64,000 nt of DNA from Escherichia coli (GTDB taxonomy: Bacteria > Pseudomonadota > Gammaproteobacteria > Enterobacterales > Enterobacteriaceae), in the NCBI RefSeq assembly GCF_046105845.1, contig NZ_CP151004.1; one strand, 5' to 3'. Position numbers and translations under genes: made by a program. Below the pieces are notes generated by a model that worked only from the letters and a program-made list of their open reading frames with translations, was not told the DNA's origin and did not search any database. The stretch's first letter is position 1, and each line of letters starts with the position of its first letter. This document shows positions 12,546 to 23,352 of the stretch, one piece after another.

Positions 12546-13382
12546 ATGCTCGCAGATATCAGATATTGGGAAAACGATGCCACAAATAAACATTATGCAA
12601 TTGCCCATTTTAACGTATGGAATGCAGAAATGTTGATGGGCGTTATCGACGCAGCCGAAGAAGCGAAATCACCGGTTATTATTTCTTTTGGTACAGGTTT
12701 TGTCGGCAACACCTCATTTGAAGATTTCTCTCACATGATGGTATCAATGGCACAAAAAGCAACGGTGCCGGTAATAACTCATTGGGATCATGGTCGGAGT
12801 ATGGAGATTATTCATAACGCCTGGACTCATGGTATGAATTCACTAATGCGTGATGCTTCCGCGTTTGATTTCGAAGAAAATATTCGTTTAACCAAAGAGG
12901 CTGTTGATTTTTTCCATCCGCTGGGTATTCCGGTAGAGGCGGAATTAGGGCATGTCGGTAATGAAACCGTTTATGAGGAAGCTCTGGCGGGCTATCACTA
13001 TACCGATCCTGACCAGGCGGCTGAATTTGTTGAACGTACGGGCTGTGACTCATTGGCTGTCGCCATCGGCAACCAGCATGGGGTTTATACGTCAGAGCCA
13101 CAATTGAACTTTGAGGTCGTCAAACGCGTACGCGATGCCGTTTCTGTTCCGCTGGTTTTGCACGGTGCATCGGGGATCAGTGATGCCGACATTAAAACTG
13201 CAATTTCGTTGGGTATCGCGAAAATCAACATTCATACGGAGCTCTGTCAGGCCGCAATGGTAGCAGTGAAAGAAAACCAGGATCAGCCTTTCCTGCATTT
13301 AGAACGTGAAGTACGTAAAGCTGTAAAAGAACGGGCATTGGAAAAAATTAAACTGTTCGGTTCTGATGGCAAAGCGGAATAA
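12546..13382 (+). CDS. ydjI: YdjI, class II aldolase
   Basis: 278 aa; FBP/tagatose-bisphosphate aldolase family. Confidence 0.88.
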   Translation: MLADIRYWENDATNKHYAIAHFNVWNAEMLMGVIDAAEEAKSPVIISFGTGFVGNTSFEDFSHMMVSMAQKATVPVITHWDHGRSMEIIHNAWTHGMNSLMRDASAFDFEENIRLTKEAVDFFHPLGIPVEAELGHVGNETVYEEALAGYHYTDPDQAAEFVERTGCDSLAVAIGNQHGVYTSEPQLNFEVVKRVRDAVSVPLVLHGASGISDADIKTAISLGIAKINIHTELCQAAMVAVKENQDQPFLHLEREVRKAVKERALEKIKLFGSDGKAE

Positions 13383-13386
13383 TGAT

Positions 13387-14334
13387 ATGGATAATCTCGA
13401 CGTTATTTGTATAGGTGCCGCTATTGTTGATATTCCATTGCAACCGGTCAGTAAAAATATCTTTGATGTGGATTCTTATCCTCTTGAAAGAATCGCAATG
13501 ACCACCGGGGGTGATGCAATAAATGAAGCAACAATTATTTCTCGTCTGGGCCATCGCACAGCATTAATGAGTCGTATTGGTAAAGATGCCGCCGGGCAAT
13601 TTATTCTCGACCATTGCCGCAAAGAGAATATTGATATTCAAAGCCTGAAGCAGGACGTCAGCATAGATACCTCTATTAACGTTGGACTGGTGACGGAGGA
13701 TGGCGAGCGGACGTTTGTCACAAACCGTAACGGCAGTCTGTGGAAATTGAATATTGACGATGTTGATTTTGCGCGGTTTTCTCAGGCGAAATTATTATCA
13801 CTGGCCAGTATTTTCAACAGTCCCCTATTGGATGGTAAAGCGCTAACAGAAATTTTTACGCAAGCTAAAGCCCAGCAGATGATTATCTGTGCCGATATGA
13901 TCAAACCGCGGTTGAATGAAACGCTGGATGATATTTGCGAAGCATTGAGTTATGTCGATTATCTGTTTCCTAATTTTGCCGAGGCAAAATTACTCACCGG
14001 GAAAGAGACACTGGATGAAATTGCTGACTGCTTTCTTGCGTGCGGCGTAAAAACGGTGGTGATTAAAACGGGTAAAGACGGCTGCTTTATCAAGCGTGGT
14101 GACATGACGATGAAGGTGCCGGCGGTCGCAGGAATAACCGCCATCGACACTATTGGCGCAGGCGATAACTTTGCTTCTGGCTTTATAGCGGCTCTGTTAG
14201 AAGGCAAAAATCTGCGTGAATGCGCACGCTTTGCCAATGCAACGGCGGCTATCTCGGTTCTAAGCGTCGGTGCCACCACCGGCGTAAAAAACAGAAAGCT
14301 GGTCGAACAATTGCTGGAAGAATACGAAGGATAA
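13387..14334 (+). CDS. ydjH: YdjH, PfkB-family sugar kinase
   Basis: 315 aa from MDNLDV; GAGDNF motif. Confidence 0.88.
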   Translation: MDNLDVICIGAAIVDIPLQPVSKNIFDVDSYPLERIAMTTGGDAINEATIISRLGHRTALMSRIGKDAAGQFILDHCRKENIDIQSLKQDVSIDTSINVGLVTEDGERTFVTNRNGSLWKLNIDDVDFARFSQAKLLSLASIFNSPLLDGKALTEIFTQAKAQQMIICADMIKPRLNETLDDICEALSYVDYLFPNFAEAKLLTGKETLDEIADCFLACGVKTVVIKTGKDGCFIKRGDMTMKVPAVAGITAIDTIGAGDNFASGFIAALLEGKNLRECARFANATAAISVLSVGATTGVKNRKLVEQLLEEYEG

Positions 14335-14343
14335 TGAAGGCAA

Positions 14344-15324
14344 ATGAAAAAGATACCTTTAGGCACAACGGATATTACGCTTTCACGAATGGGGTTGGGG
14401 ACATGGGCCATTGGCGGCGGTCCTGCATGGAATGGCGATCTCGATCGGCAAATATGTATTGATACGATTCTTGAAGCCCATCGTTGTGGCATTAATCTGA
14501 TTGATACTGCGCCAGGATATAACTTTGGCAATAGTGAAGTTATCGTCGGTCAGGCGTTAAAAAAACTGCCTCGTGAACAGGTTGTAGTAGAAACCAAATG
14601 CGGCATTGTCTGGGAACGAAAAGGAAGTTTATTCAACAAAGTTGGCGATCGGCAGTTGTATAAAAACCTTTCCCCGGAATCTATCCGCGAAGAGGTAGAA
14701 GCCAGCTTGCAACGTCTGGGTATTGATTACATCGATATCTACATGACGCACTGGCAGTCGGTGCCGCCATTTTTTACGCCGATCGCTGAAACTGTCGCAG
14801 TGCTCAATGAGTTAAAGGCCGAAGGGAAAATTCGCGCTATAGGCGCTGCTAACGTCGATGCTGACCATATCCGCGAGTATCTGCAATATGGTGAACTGGA
14901 TATTATTCAGGCGAAATACAGTGTCCTCGACCGGGCAATGGAAAGCGAACTGCTGCCGCTATGTCGTGATAATGGCATTGTGGTACAGGTTTATTCCCCG
15001 TTAGAGCAGGGATTGTTGACCGGCACCATCACGCGTGATTACGTTCCGGGCGGCGCTCGGGCAAATAAAGTCTGGTTCCAGCGTGAAAACATGCTGAAAG
15101 TGATTGATATGCTTGAACAGTGGCAGCCACTCTGTGCTCGTTATCAGTGCACAATTCCCACTCTGGCACTGGCGTGGATATTAAAACAGAGTGATTTAAT
15201 CTCCATTCTTAGTGGGGCTACTGCACCGGAACAGGTACGCGAAAATGTCGCGGCATTGAATATCAACTTATCGGATGCAGACGCAACATTGATGAGGGAA
15301 ATGGCAGAGGCCCTGGAGCGTTAA
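14344..15324 (+). CDS. ydjG: YdjG, aldo-keto reductase
   Basis: 326 aa AKR family. Confidence 0.88.
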   Translation: MKKIPLGTTDITLSRMGLGTWAIGGGPAWNGDLDRQICIDTILEAHRCGINLIDTAPGYNFGNSEVIVGQALKKLPREQVVVETKCGIVWERKGSLFNKVGDRQLYKNLSPESIREEVEASLQRLGIDYIDIYMTHWQSVPPFFTPIAETVAVLNELKAEGKIRAIGAANVDADHIREYLQYGELDIIQAKYSVLDRAMESELLPLCRDNGIVVQVYSPLEQGLLTGTITRDYVPGGARANKVWFQRENMLKVIDMLEQWQPLCARYQCTIPTLALAWILKQSDLISILSGATAPEQVRENVAALNINLSDADATLMREMAEALER

Positions 15325-15460
15325 ATACTCAACACGATTCACCTCTGTTTCTGTGAAAACTGTGATGAAAATCTGTGATTCAAACAGGTTATTTTGAAAG
15401 TAAACATCGGTTATGCGATAATCGCGCTAATGTGATGTAAAAAGATACAGGGGTGTAATC

Positions 15461-16219
15461 GTGGCGGCAAAAGACAGGATTCAGGCAATTAAGCAAATGG
15501 TTGCCAACGATAAAAAGGTGACAGTCTCAAATTTGAGTGGGATTTTTCAGGTAACCGAAGAAACCATTCGCCGCGATCTTGAGAAGCTGGAAGATGAAGG
15601 CTTTTTGACCAGAACCTATGGTGGTGCTGTTTTAAATACAGCGATGTTGACGGAGAATATCCATTTTTATAAGCGCGCTTCATCGTTTTATGAAGAGAAG
15701 CAGCTTATTGCACGCAAGGCACTATCCTTTATCGACAATAAAACCACTATGGCAGCCGATTCCAGTAGTACCGTTATGGAATTGCTCAAATTGTTGCAGG
15801 ACCGTAGTGACCTGACGTTGCTAACTAACTCGGCGGAAGCGATTCATGTTCTGGCTCAATCAGAAATTAAAGTCGTTTCAACGGGGGGGGAACTAAACAA
15901 AAATACACTTTCCCTGCAAGGAAGAATTACTAAAGAGATCATCAGCCGCTACCATGTCGATATCATGGTAATGAGTTGTAAAGGTCTTGATATTAACAGC
16001 GGCGCGCTGGACTCTAACGAAGCGGAAGCTGAAATCAAAAAGACAATGATCCGTCAGGCGACAGAGGTTGCGTTATTGGTTGATCACTCTAAGTTTGATC
16101 GCAAAGCTTTTGTCCAGTTAGCTGACTTTAGTCATATTAATTACATAATAACTGATAAATCACCGGGTGCAGAGTGGATAGCATTTTGCAAAGACAATAA
16201 TATCCAGCTGGTGTGGTAA
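15461..16219 (+). CDS. ydjF: YdjF, DeoR-family transcriptional regulator
   Basis: 252 aa, GTG start; N-terminal HTH and DeoR C-terminal domain. Confidence 0.88.
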   Translation: MAAKDRIQAIKQMVANDKKVTVSNLSGIFQVTEETIRRDLEKLEDEGFLTRTYGGAVLNTAMLTENIHFYKRASSFYEEKQLIARKALSFIDNKTTMAADSSSTVMELLKLLQDRSDLTLLTNSAEAIHVLAQSEIKVVSTGGELNKNTLSLQGRITKEIISRYHVDIMVMSCKGLDINSGALDSNEAEAEIKKTMIRQATEVALLVDHSKFDRKAFVQLADFSHINYIITDKSPGAEWIAFCKDNNIQLVW

Positions 16220-16335
16220 TTTAAGCACACGTTGTCAATATTATTTGTTCCTGCGCCTGGAAATAAAATGATGATAAAGATGCGGCAAGTGAATTTGCCG
16301 CAATTGCTACCTTTTTAGCAAATCCGAGGCACCTA

Positions 16336-17694
16336 ATGGAACAATATGATCAAATTGGCGCAAGACTGGACCGCTTGCCTTTGGCCCGGTTTCATTATCG
16401 TATATTTGGTATTATAAGCTTTAGTCTGTTATTAACGGGTTTTTTGAGTTATTCAGGCAATGTTGTTTTAGCAAAGCTGGTAAGCAATGGATGGTCAAAT
16501 AATTTCCTCAATGCCGCCTTTACCTCGGCATTAATGTTTGGTTATTTCATCGGCTCTCTTACCGGTGGGTTCATCGGTGATTATTTTGGGCGGCGCAGGG
16601 CTTTTCGCATAAATCTTCTCATCGTCGGTATTGCGGCAACAGGGGCCGCTTTTGTCCCTGATATGTACTGGCTCATTTTCTTTCGCTTCCTGATGGGCAC
16701 AGGAATGGGGGCGCTGATTATGGTTGGCTATGCTTCGTTTACGGAGTTTATCCCCGCGACGGTGCGTGGAAAATGGTCCGCGCGGCTGTCATTTGTCGGT
16801 AACTGGTCGCCCATGCTGTCTGCGGCGATAGGCGTGGTGGTTATCGCTTTTTTTAGTTGGCGGATAATGTTTCTGCTGGGTGGTATTGGCATACTGTTAG
16901 CCTGGTTTCTCTCAGGTAAATACTTTATTGAGTCGCCTCGATGGTTGGCGGGGAAAGGGCAAATCGCAGGTGCAGAAAGCCAACTTCGTGAAGTAGAGCA
17001 GCAAATTGAAAGAGAGAAGAGTGTTCGTTTACCCCCGCTTACTTTGAATCAGAGCAACAGCAAGGCTAACGTAATCAATGGTACTTTCTGGCTGCTGTTT
17101 AAAGGGGAAATGTTACGACGTACATTAGTCGCGATTACTGTTTTAATTGCAATGAACATTTCACTTTATACCATCACCGTATGGATACCGACCATATTTG
17201 TTAACTCCGGCATTGATGTCGATAAATCAATATTAATGACTGCTGTTATTATGATTGGCGCTCCGGTAGGAATATTTATTGCGGCATTAATTATTGATCA
17301 TTTTCCTCGTCGATTATTTGGCTCCGCCTTACTTATTATTATTGCCGTGTTAGGCTATATCTATTCAATTCAAACTACAGAGTGGGCGATTTTAATCTAT
17401 GGCCTGGTGATGATCTTCTTTTTATACATGTATGTTTGCTTCGCGTCGGCGGTTTATATCCCGGAGCTTTGGCCAACGCATTTACGCTTGCGCGGTTCGG
17501 GTTTCGTTAATGCCGTCGGACGGATCGTCGCGGTCTTCACGCCTTATGGCGTTGCGGCACTATTAACGCATTATGGGTCAATCACGGTGTTTATGGTGCT
17601 TGGCGTGATGTTAGTGCTCTGTGCGCTGGTCCTCTCCATTTTTGGCATCGAAACGCGGAAGGTGTCATTGGAAGAGATTTCTGAGGTGAATTAA
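16336..17694 (+). CDS. ydjE: YdjE, MFS transporter
   Basis: 452 aa multi-TM protein, paralogous to YdjK. Confidence 0.88.
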   Translation: MEQYDQIGARLDRLPLARFHYRIFGIISFSLLLTGFLSYSGNVVLAKLVSNGWSNNFLNAAFTSALMFGYFIGSLTGGFIGDYFGRRRAFRINLLIVGIAATGAAFVPDMYWLIFFRFLMGTGMGALIMVGYASFTEFIPATVRGKWSARLSFVGNWSPMLSAAIGVVVIAFFSWRIMFLLGGIGILLAWFLSGKYFIESPRWLAGKGQIAGAESQLREVEQQIEREKSVRLPPLTLNQSNSKANVINGTFWLLFKGEMLRRTLVAITVLIAMNISLYTITVWIPTIFVNSGIDVDKSILMTAVIMIGAPVGIFIAALIIDHFPRRLFGSALLIIIAVLGYIYSIQTTEWAILIYGLVMIFFLYMYVCFASAVYIPELWPTHLRLRGSGFVNAVGRIVAVFTPYGVAALLTHYGSITVFMVLGVMLVLCALVLSIFGIETRKVSLEEISEVN

Positions 17695-17744
17695 ATCTTT
17701 CGTTGATGGCGTCAATTGCCAGATGTACCACTGACGTGTTTTAT

Positions 17745-17779
17745 CTGGCCTACAATGGCAGTACAGAATTGTAGGCCAG
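17745..17779. terminator. 12-bp perfect inverted repeat between convergent ydjE and pncA (bidirectional terminator or palindromic unit)
   Basis: CTGGCCTACAAT-N11-ATTGTAGGCCAG. Confidence 0.45.
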
Positions 17780-17786
17780 CATAAAA

Positions 17787-18428
17787 TTACTCCTGCGTCT
17801 CTTCCCAATCTGCCAGCGTATATAGCGTTGCCCCAGCTGCTGACATCTCCATAAACGCGTGCGCACTGTCCTGTGGCTGGATATTCACGCCACGACAACC
17901 ATCGGTAATCACATTAACCTTATAACCTAACTGTAACGCGTCCAGCACGGTAAACTTCACGCAATAGTCAGTAGCCAGGCCCATAATGATCAATTCATCG
18001 ATTTCATGATCGCGTAACCAGTCATCGAGCGTGGTTTTCTGCCGACGGCCGTTATCAAAAAAGGCACTGTAACTGTCAACTAAAGGATTTTCGCCTTTAT
18101 GGAACACCGCTGCGATCGCTTTTTGGTTCAGTAACGGATGTAATTGTGCGCCTTCACTGTTCTGCACACAGTGATCTGGCCAGAAGGTTTGTGGCAAACC
18201 GTCGAGTTGGCCTGGCGTATAAGGCTCTACACCGTGCTGACTGGCAAAACTGCCGTGATTCGCCGGGTGCCAGTCCTGACTGGCGATAACCGCTTCACCG
18301 CGCGACTGGCACCAGTCAATCAGGCGGTTAGCGACATCCACCGTACTGTCACCTTCCGGCACGGCGAGCGCGCCACCAGCACAGAAATCATTTTGTAAAT
18401 CGACCAGTAACAGGGCGCGAGGGGGCAT
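17787..18428 (-). CDS. pncA: Nicotinamidase/pyrazinamidase
   Basis: 213 aa from MPPRALLLVDLQNDF; isochorismatase fold. Confidence 0.92.
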   Translation of the reverse strand: MPPRALLLVDLQNDFCAGGALAVPEGDSTVDVANRLIDWCQSRGEAVIASQDWHPANHGSFASQHGVEPYTPGQLDGLPQTFWPDHCVQNSEGAQLHPLLNQKAIAAVFHKGENPLVDSYSAFFDNGRRQKTTLDDWLRDHEIDELIIMGLATDYCVKFTVLDALQLGYKVNVITDGCRGVNIQPQDSAHAFMEMSAAGATLYTLADWEETQE

Positions 18429-18438
18429 TGCAGTCTCC

Positions 18439-19455
18439 TTAATCATCCGGCGTCAGTTCGCCGCGCAGGTTTTGGCTCATGGCCTTGCGAATGGTTTCAG
18501 TATCCAGTTCCTGGCTAAGCAGGTAATGCAGTTTGGTTAGTGTGGCTTCTACAGTCATATCTGCACCGCCAATAACGCCGGCATGGGCGAGGGCGTTACC
18601 GGTGGCATAACCACCCATGTTCACTTTACCGGACATACATTGTGTCAGGTTGACCACCACAATACCGCGATCGCTGGCTTCTTGTAATTCCTGCAGGAAG
18701 GCTTTGTTTTGTGGCGCATTACCCACGCCATATGAGCGCAGAATCAATGCTTTCACAGGTTGGCGCAGAAAATTGCGCACGACGTCAGCAGAAATCCCCG
18801 GATAAATCGTCACTACGCCAATTGGTTGCGGCGTGATTGGATGAACGATCAATTCCCCTTCACCGTGCGGGGCGGGTGGCGTATTCAAACGACGAATATG
18901 GATACCTGCTTCCAGTAACGGAGGAAGGTTTGGAGAGGCAAACGCATCAAAACCATCGGCATGGGCTTTGGTGGTACGGTTGCCACGATAAAGTCGGTTA
19001 TTAAAAAAGAGAGTTACTTCGTTGGTAGGATAATTCGCCGCAACGTACAACGCATTCAGCAGATTAATTTGTCCGTCAGAGCGTAACTCAGCTAGCGGGA
19101 TTTGTGACCCTGTCACAATAACCGGTTTACCGAGATTCTCGAGCATGAACGACAGCGCAGAGGCGGTATACGCCATCGTGTCGGTGCCGTGCAGAATGAC
19201 AAAACCATCATAGTCGTCATAATGCGCTTTAATATCTTCAGCAATATGCTGCCAGTCTTCTGGCGTCATATCTGAAGAGTCCATCAGCGGCGTATATTCA
19301 TGAATGGTGAAATCTGGCATCTCCGGGCGATGGAATTCCGGCATCAGCGCCAGTTGGCGCTGTAGATGACCTGACACCGGAATATAACCCTGCTCGGAAC
19401 GCTGCATCCCGATGGTCCCGCCCGTGTAGGCGACGTAAATTGATTTCTTTTGCAT
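18439..19455 (-). CDS. ansA: L-asparaginase 1 (cytoplasmic)
   Basis: 338 aa from MQKKSIYVAYTGGTIGM; the 402 aa track ORF is an upstream in-frame extension. Confidence 0.92.
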   Translation of the reverse strand: MQKKSIYVAYTGGTIGMQRSEQGYIPVSGHLQRQLALMPEFHRPEMPDFTIHEYTPLMDSSDMTPEDWQHIAEDIKAHYDDYDGFVILHGTDTMAYTASALSFMLENLGKPVIVTGSQIPLAELRSDGQINLLNALYVAANYPTNEVTLFFNNRLYRGNRTTKAHADGFDAFASPNLPPLLEAGIHIRRLNTPPAPHGEGELIVHPITPQPIGVVTIYPGISADVVRNFLRQPVKALILRSYGVGNAPQNKAFLQELQEASDRGIVVVNLTQCMSGKVNMGGYATGNALAHAGVIGGADMTVEATLTKLHYLLSQELDTETIRKAMSQNLRGELTPDD

Positions 19456-19619
19456 GATATTGATATGAATGATATCGAAAGAGCAAAAGTATATACGTGA
19501 GGCAGGGGGAGCGCACCTGATACTATGCGGATAAGGAAATATGGGGCGAGACAGCGGGAAGAGGATTCGTCGAGGTAAAAAAATGTGGCCGACGATCTGT
19601 CGGCCACTCAGTACAAGAC

Positions 19620-21476
19620 TTAACGCACGTTGGCGCAGGTCAGGCAAAACGCATAACGGTTTTGTGGGTCGTTAAACGCTGCCAGCTTGTCGCTTTCACT
19701 TTTAACGGTAGAGGCTACCGAGGCCAGCGGTGCAGGTAACATGGCCTGGAACGCATCTGGCAACATTGCCCGGACAGAACCAGACATGTTGTCCATCACT
19801 TTGTCGAAGAAGGTCGGTTCATCAACGTAGTATTCCAGATGCCACTGTTTCACTTTTGCCAGCTCTGCTGCTTTGGCGACCGCATCATCGAAATCACCGA
19901 GACTATCGACCAGCCCGTTAGCTTTTGCATCCTGACCGGTCCAGACGTGGCCCTGGGCGATTTTATCAATCTGCTCCGGCGTCGAATGACGCGCATCAGC
20001 AACCAGCGTGATAAAGCGTTTATAGCCATTCTCAATGCTTAACTGCATCATCTGCTGCGCTTCCGGCGGCAGTGCCTTGGTGATAGAAACATCCGCCAAC
20101 GGTGAAGTTGATACACCATCAGTATGAACACCAATCGAATCCAGACTATTTTCTACGGTGGTGATCACGCCGAAGATACCGATAGAACCGGTCAGGGTGC
20201 TGGGGTTAGCCACAATGTAATTAGCTGGTGTGGAAATCCAGTAACCACCAGATGCCGCCATGCCGCCCATCGATACAACCACAGGCTTACCCGCTGCCCG
20301 GGCTGCTGCCAGTTCAGCGCGAATCACTTCAGACGCGGTAACGCTGCCACCTGGGCTATTAACACGCAGAACAATCGCTTTCACTTTCGGGTCAAGGCGA
20401 GCGTCGCGGATTTGTGCCGCAGTGGTATCACCGCCAACATTCCCCTGAGTTTCCTCGCCATCCATAATTGCGCCATTAGCGAAGACGACACCGATACTGT
20501 CACCGGTATCTGCCGGCGTTTTCAATGCGTAATCGTAATAACTGATGGCGCGATAATTTTTATCAGTCTTACTCCAGCCGAACTCTTTGGTCAGAGCTTT
20601 TTCGATTTCCGCACTCGATGCCAGTGCATCGACCAGCTTGTTTTCCAGCGCATATTTCGCGGTATCGCCACCGGTTTTGGTTAAACCCTCAAGCAACCCT
20701 TGCGCGCCAGGGAATACCTGCTGAGCAGGGATCTGCCGGTTAGCGGCAACAGTATTCAGATAGTTTTGCCACAGCTCACCAATCCAGCGGCTGTCAGCTT
20801 CGCGAGCTGCCGGCGACATATCATCACGAATAAACGGTTCAACGGCAGATTTATACGTACCCACGCGGAACACATGGGTGGAAACTTTCAGCTTATCCAG
20901 TAACGATTTGTAGTACAGACCGTTGGTGGCAAAACCGTGCAGATCAACCACGCCTTGCGGAGACAGCCAAATTTTATTGGCGAAACTGGCGAGATAATAT
21001 TGCCCCTGGCTGTAGTTCTCGCCAACGGCATAAACCGGTTTCCCGCTGTCACGAAACTCTTTCAGGGCTTTGCCGATGTATTGCATAGACGGCTGGTCGC
21101 CGCCTGCGAAGTTTTTCAGATCCATCACGATACCGGTGATATTGCGGTCATCCTTCGCCTGGCGAATGGTATTGACGATATCAAACAGTGAGTTTTCCTG
21201 CAGACGATCGGAACTGGCACCAAGCAGTTGGCGGCTTAATTTACTAAACCGCTGAGAACTGTCGGGTTTATCGACGATCACACCAGAAATGTCCAGCAGC
21301 AGTGCGCCACGACTGGCCGTTTCTTTCGAATCACCACCACTGACCTGCATCCAAATCCCCACACCAACCAGTACGAGAAAAATAAAGAACAGGTTAAGTA
21401 CCATTTCACGGACGAAATTCAGCAGACGCCACGTCCATTTAAAAAATCCGGCAATAAATCGCCAAAGGGTTCGCAT
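19620..21476 (-). CDS. sppA: Signal peptide peptidase A (protease IV)
   Basis: 618 aa from [12 protein letters not shown]; tandem ClpP/crotonase-like domains. Confidence 0.92.
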
Positions 21477-21636
21477 GTATTCTCCCAACTTAAGGTCACA
21501 CCTGTTTCAGGCGCAATAGATGTGGTTATCGTAATGACCCAACCGGCACTTGTCAGCAGGAATTGCGGACTGTGCTGTAACAAAATCCACTCTCGTGTTA
21601 ATTTTGTGAATAAATATCATGACAGGAGTTAATCAA

Positions 21637-22188
21637 ATGGATGCACTCGAACTATTGATCAATCGCCGTAGCGCCTCCCGCCTGGCTGAACCTGCGCCAA
21701 CGGGTGAACAACTGCAAAACATCCTGCGTGCGGGTATGCGTGCCCCGGACCATAAATCCATGCAACCGTGGCATTTTTTTGTGATTGAAGGGGAAGGACG
21801 CGAGCGTTTCAGCGCATTATTGGAACAGGGGGCGATTGCTGCCGGTAGTGATGACAAAGCTATCGACAAAGCGCGTAATGCGCCGTTCCGCGCACCGCTC
21901 ATCATAACGGTGGTGGCAAAATGCGAAGAAAATCATAAAGTCCCGCGCTGGGAACAGGAAATGTCTGCGGGATGCGCGGTCATGGCGATGCAAATGGCAG
22001 CAGTTGCCCAGGGGTTTGGCGGCATCTGGCGCAGTGGCGCATTAACTGAAAGTCCGGTAGTGCGTGAAGCATTCGGTTGCCGTGAGCAGGATAAAATTGT
22101 CGGTTTTCTCTACCTTGGTACGCCGCAGTTGAAAGCATCTACGTCGATAAACGTTCCGGACCCGACGCCGTTTGTGACTTATTTCTGA
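21637..22188 (+). CDS. ydjA: YdjA, NAD(P)H nitroreductase
   Basis: 183 aa from [12 protein letters not shown]. Confidence 0.9.
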   Translation: MDALELLINRRSASRLAEPAPTGEQLQNILRAGMRAPDHKSMQPWHFFVIEGEGRERFSALLEQGAIAAGSDDKAIDKARNAPFRAPLIITVVAKCEENHKVPRWEQEMSAGCAVMAMQMAAVAQGFGGIWRSGALTESPVVREAFGCREQDKIVGFLYLGTPQLKASTSINVPDPTPFVTYF

Positions 22189-22304
22189 TAATTGTCGCGA
22201 AACTGTCTGGATTGTGAGCAAAGGCGCAGGAATTCAGACACTCTCACTTATCACTTCACGGAATGAGGGTTACCATACCCGGATTGCATTGACAGGAGAT
22301 GTCC

Positions 22305-23348
22305 ATGAGCGAGAACTCGATTCGTTTGACCCAATACAGCCACGGAGCTGGTTGCGGCTGTAAAATTTCCCCAAAAGTGTTGGAAACCATCCTGCACAGT
22401 GAGCAGGCGAAGTTTGTTGATCCGAATTTGCTTGTGGGTAATGAAACCCGCGACGATGCGGCGGTGTACGATCTGGGCAATGGCACCAGCGTTATCAGTA
22501 CCACCGACTTCTTTATGCCGATCGTTGATAATCCTTTCGATTTTGGCCGCATTGCGGCGACTAACGCCATCAGCGATATCTTCGCGATGGGGGGCAAACC
22601 GATTATGGCGATTGCGATCCTCGGCTGGCCTATTAACAAACTTTCCCCTGAAATTGCCCGCGAAGTAACCGAAGGTGGACGCTATGCATGCCGTCAGGCG
22701 GGTATTGCGCTGGCTGGCGGTCACTCCATCGATGCGCCGGAGCCGATTTTTGGTCTGGCGGTAACGGGGATCGTACCGACCGAGCGAGTGAAGAAAAACA
22801 GTACCGCACAAGCCGGATGTAAACTGTTCCTGACGAAACCGCTGGGGATCGGCGTTCTTACCACGGCTGAGAAAAAATCACTGCTGAAACCAGAACATCA
22901 GGGACTGGCGACGGAAGTGATGTGCCGGATGAACATCGCAGGCGCGTCCTTTGCCAACATCGAAGGCGTAAAAGCGATGACCGACGTTACGGGCTTTGGT
23001 CTGCTGGGGCATTTAAGCGAAATGTGTCAGGGGGCTGGTGTGCAGGCGCGCGTCGACTATGAAGCGATCCCGAAACTGCCGGGGGTTGAAGAGTACATTA
23101 AGTTGGGCGCAGTGCCTGGCGGCACCGAACGTAACTTTGCCAGCTACGGTCATCTGATGGGTGAAATGCCGCGTGAAGTGCGCGATCTGCTGTGCGATCC
23201 GCAAACTTCTGGCGGTCTGCTGCTGGCGGTCATGCCGGAAGCAGAAAATGAGGTCAAAGCTACAGCCGCCGAGTTTGGCATTGAACTGACGGCGATTGGC
23301 GAACTGGTGCCAGCGCGCGGCGGTCGTGCCATGGTTGAGATCCGTTAA
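22305..23348 (+). CDS. selD: Selenide, water dikinase (selenophosphate synthetase)
   Basis: 347 aa from [23 protein letters not shown]. Confidence 0.95.
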
Positions 23349-23352
23349 TTCA

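Noticed and set aside
18439-19647. N-terminally extended ORFs in the track (ansA 402 aa, ynjD 246 aa, ydjY 279 aa, ves 212 aa, topB 667 aa and others)
   Set aside because: The extensions run into upstream genes or intergenic regions; internal Met codons give the lengths I remember for the known proteins, so the shorter starts were used.
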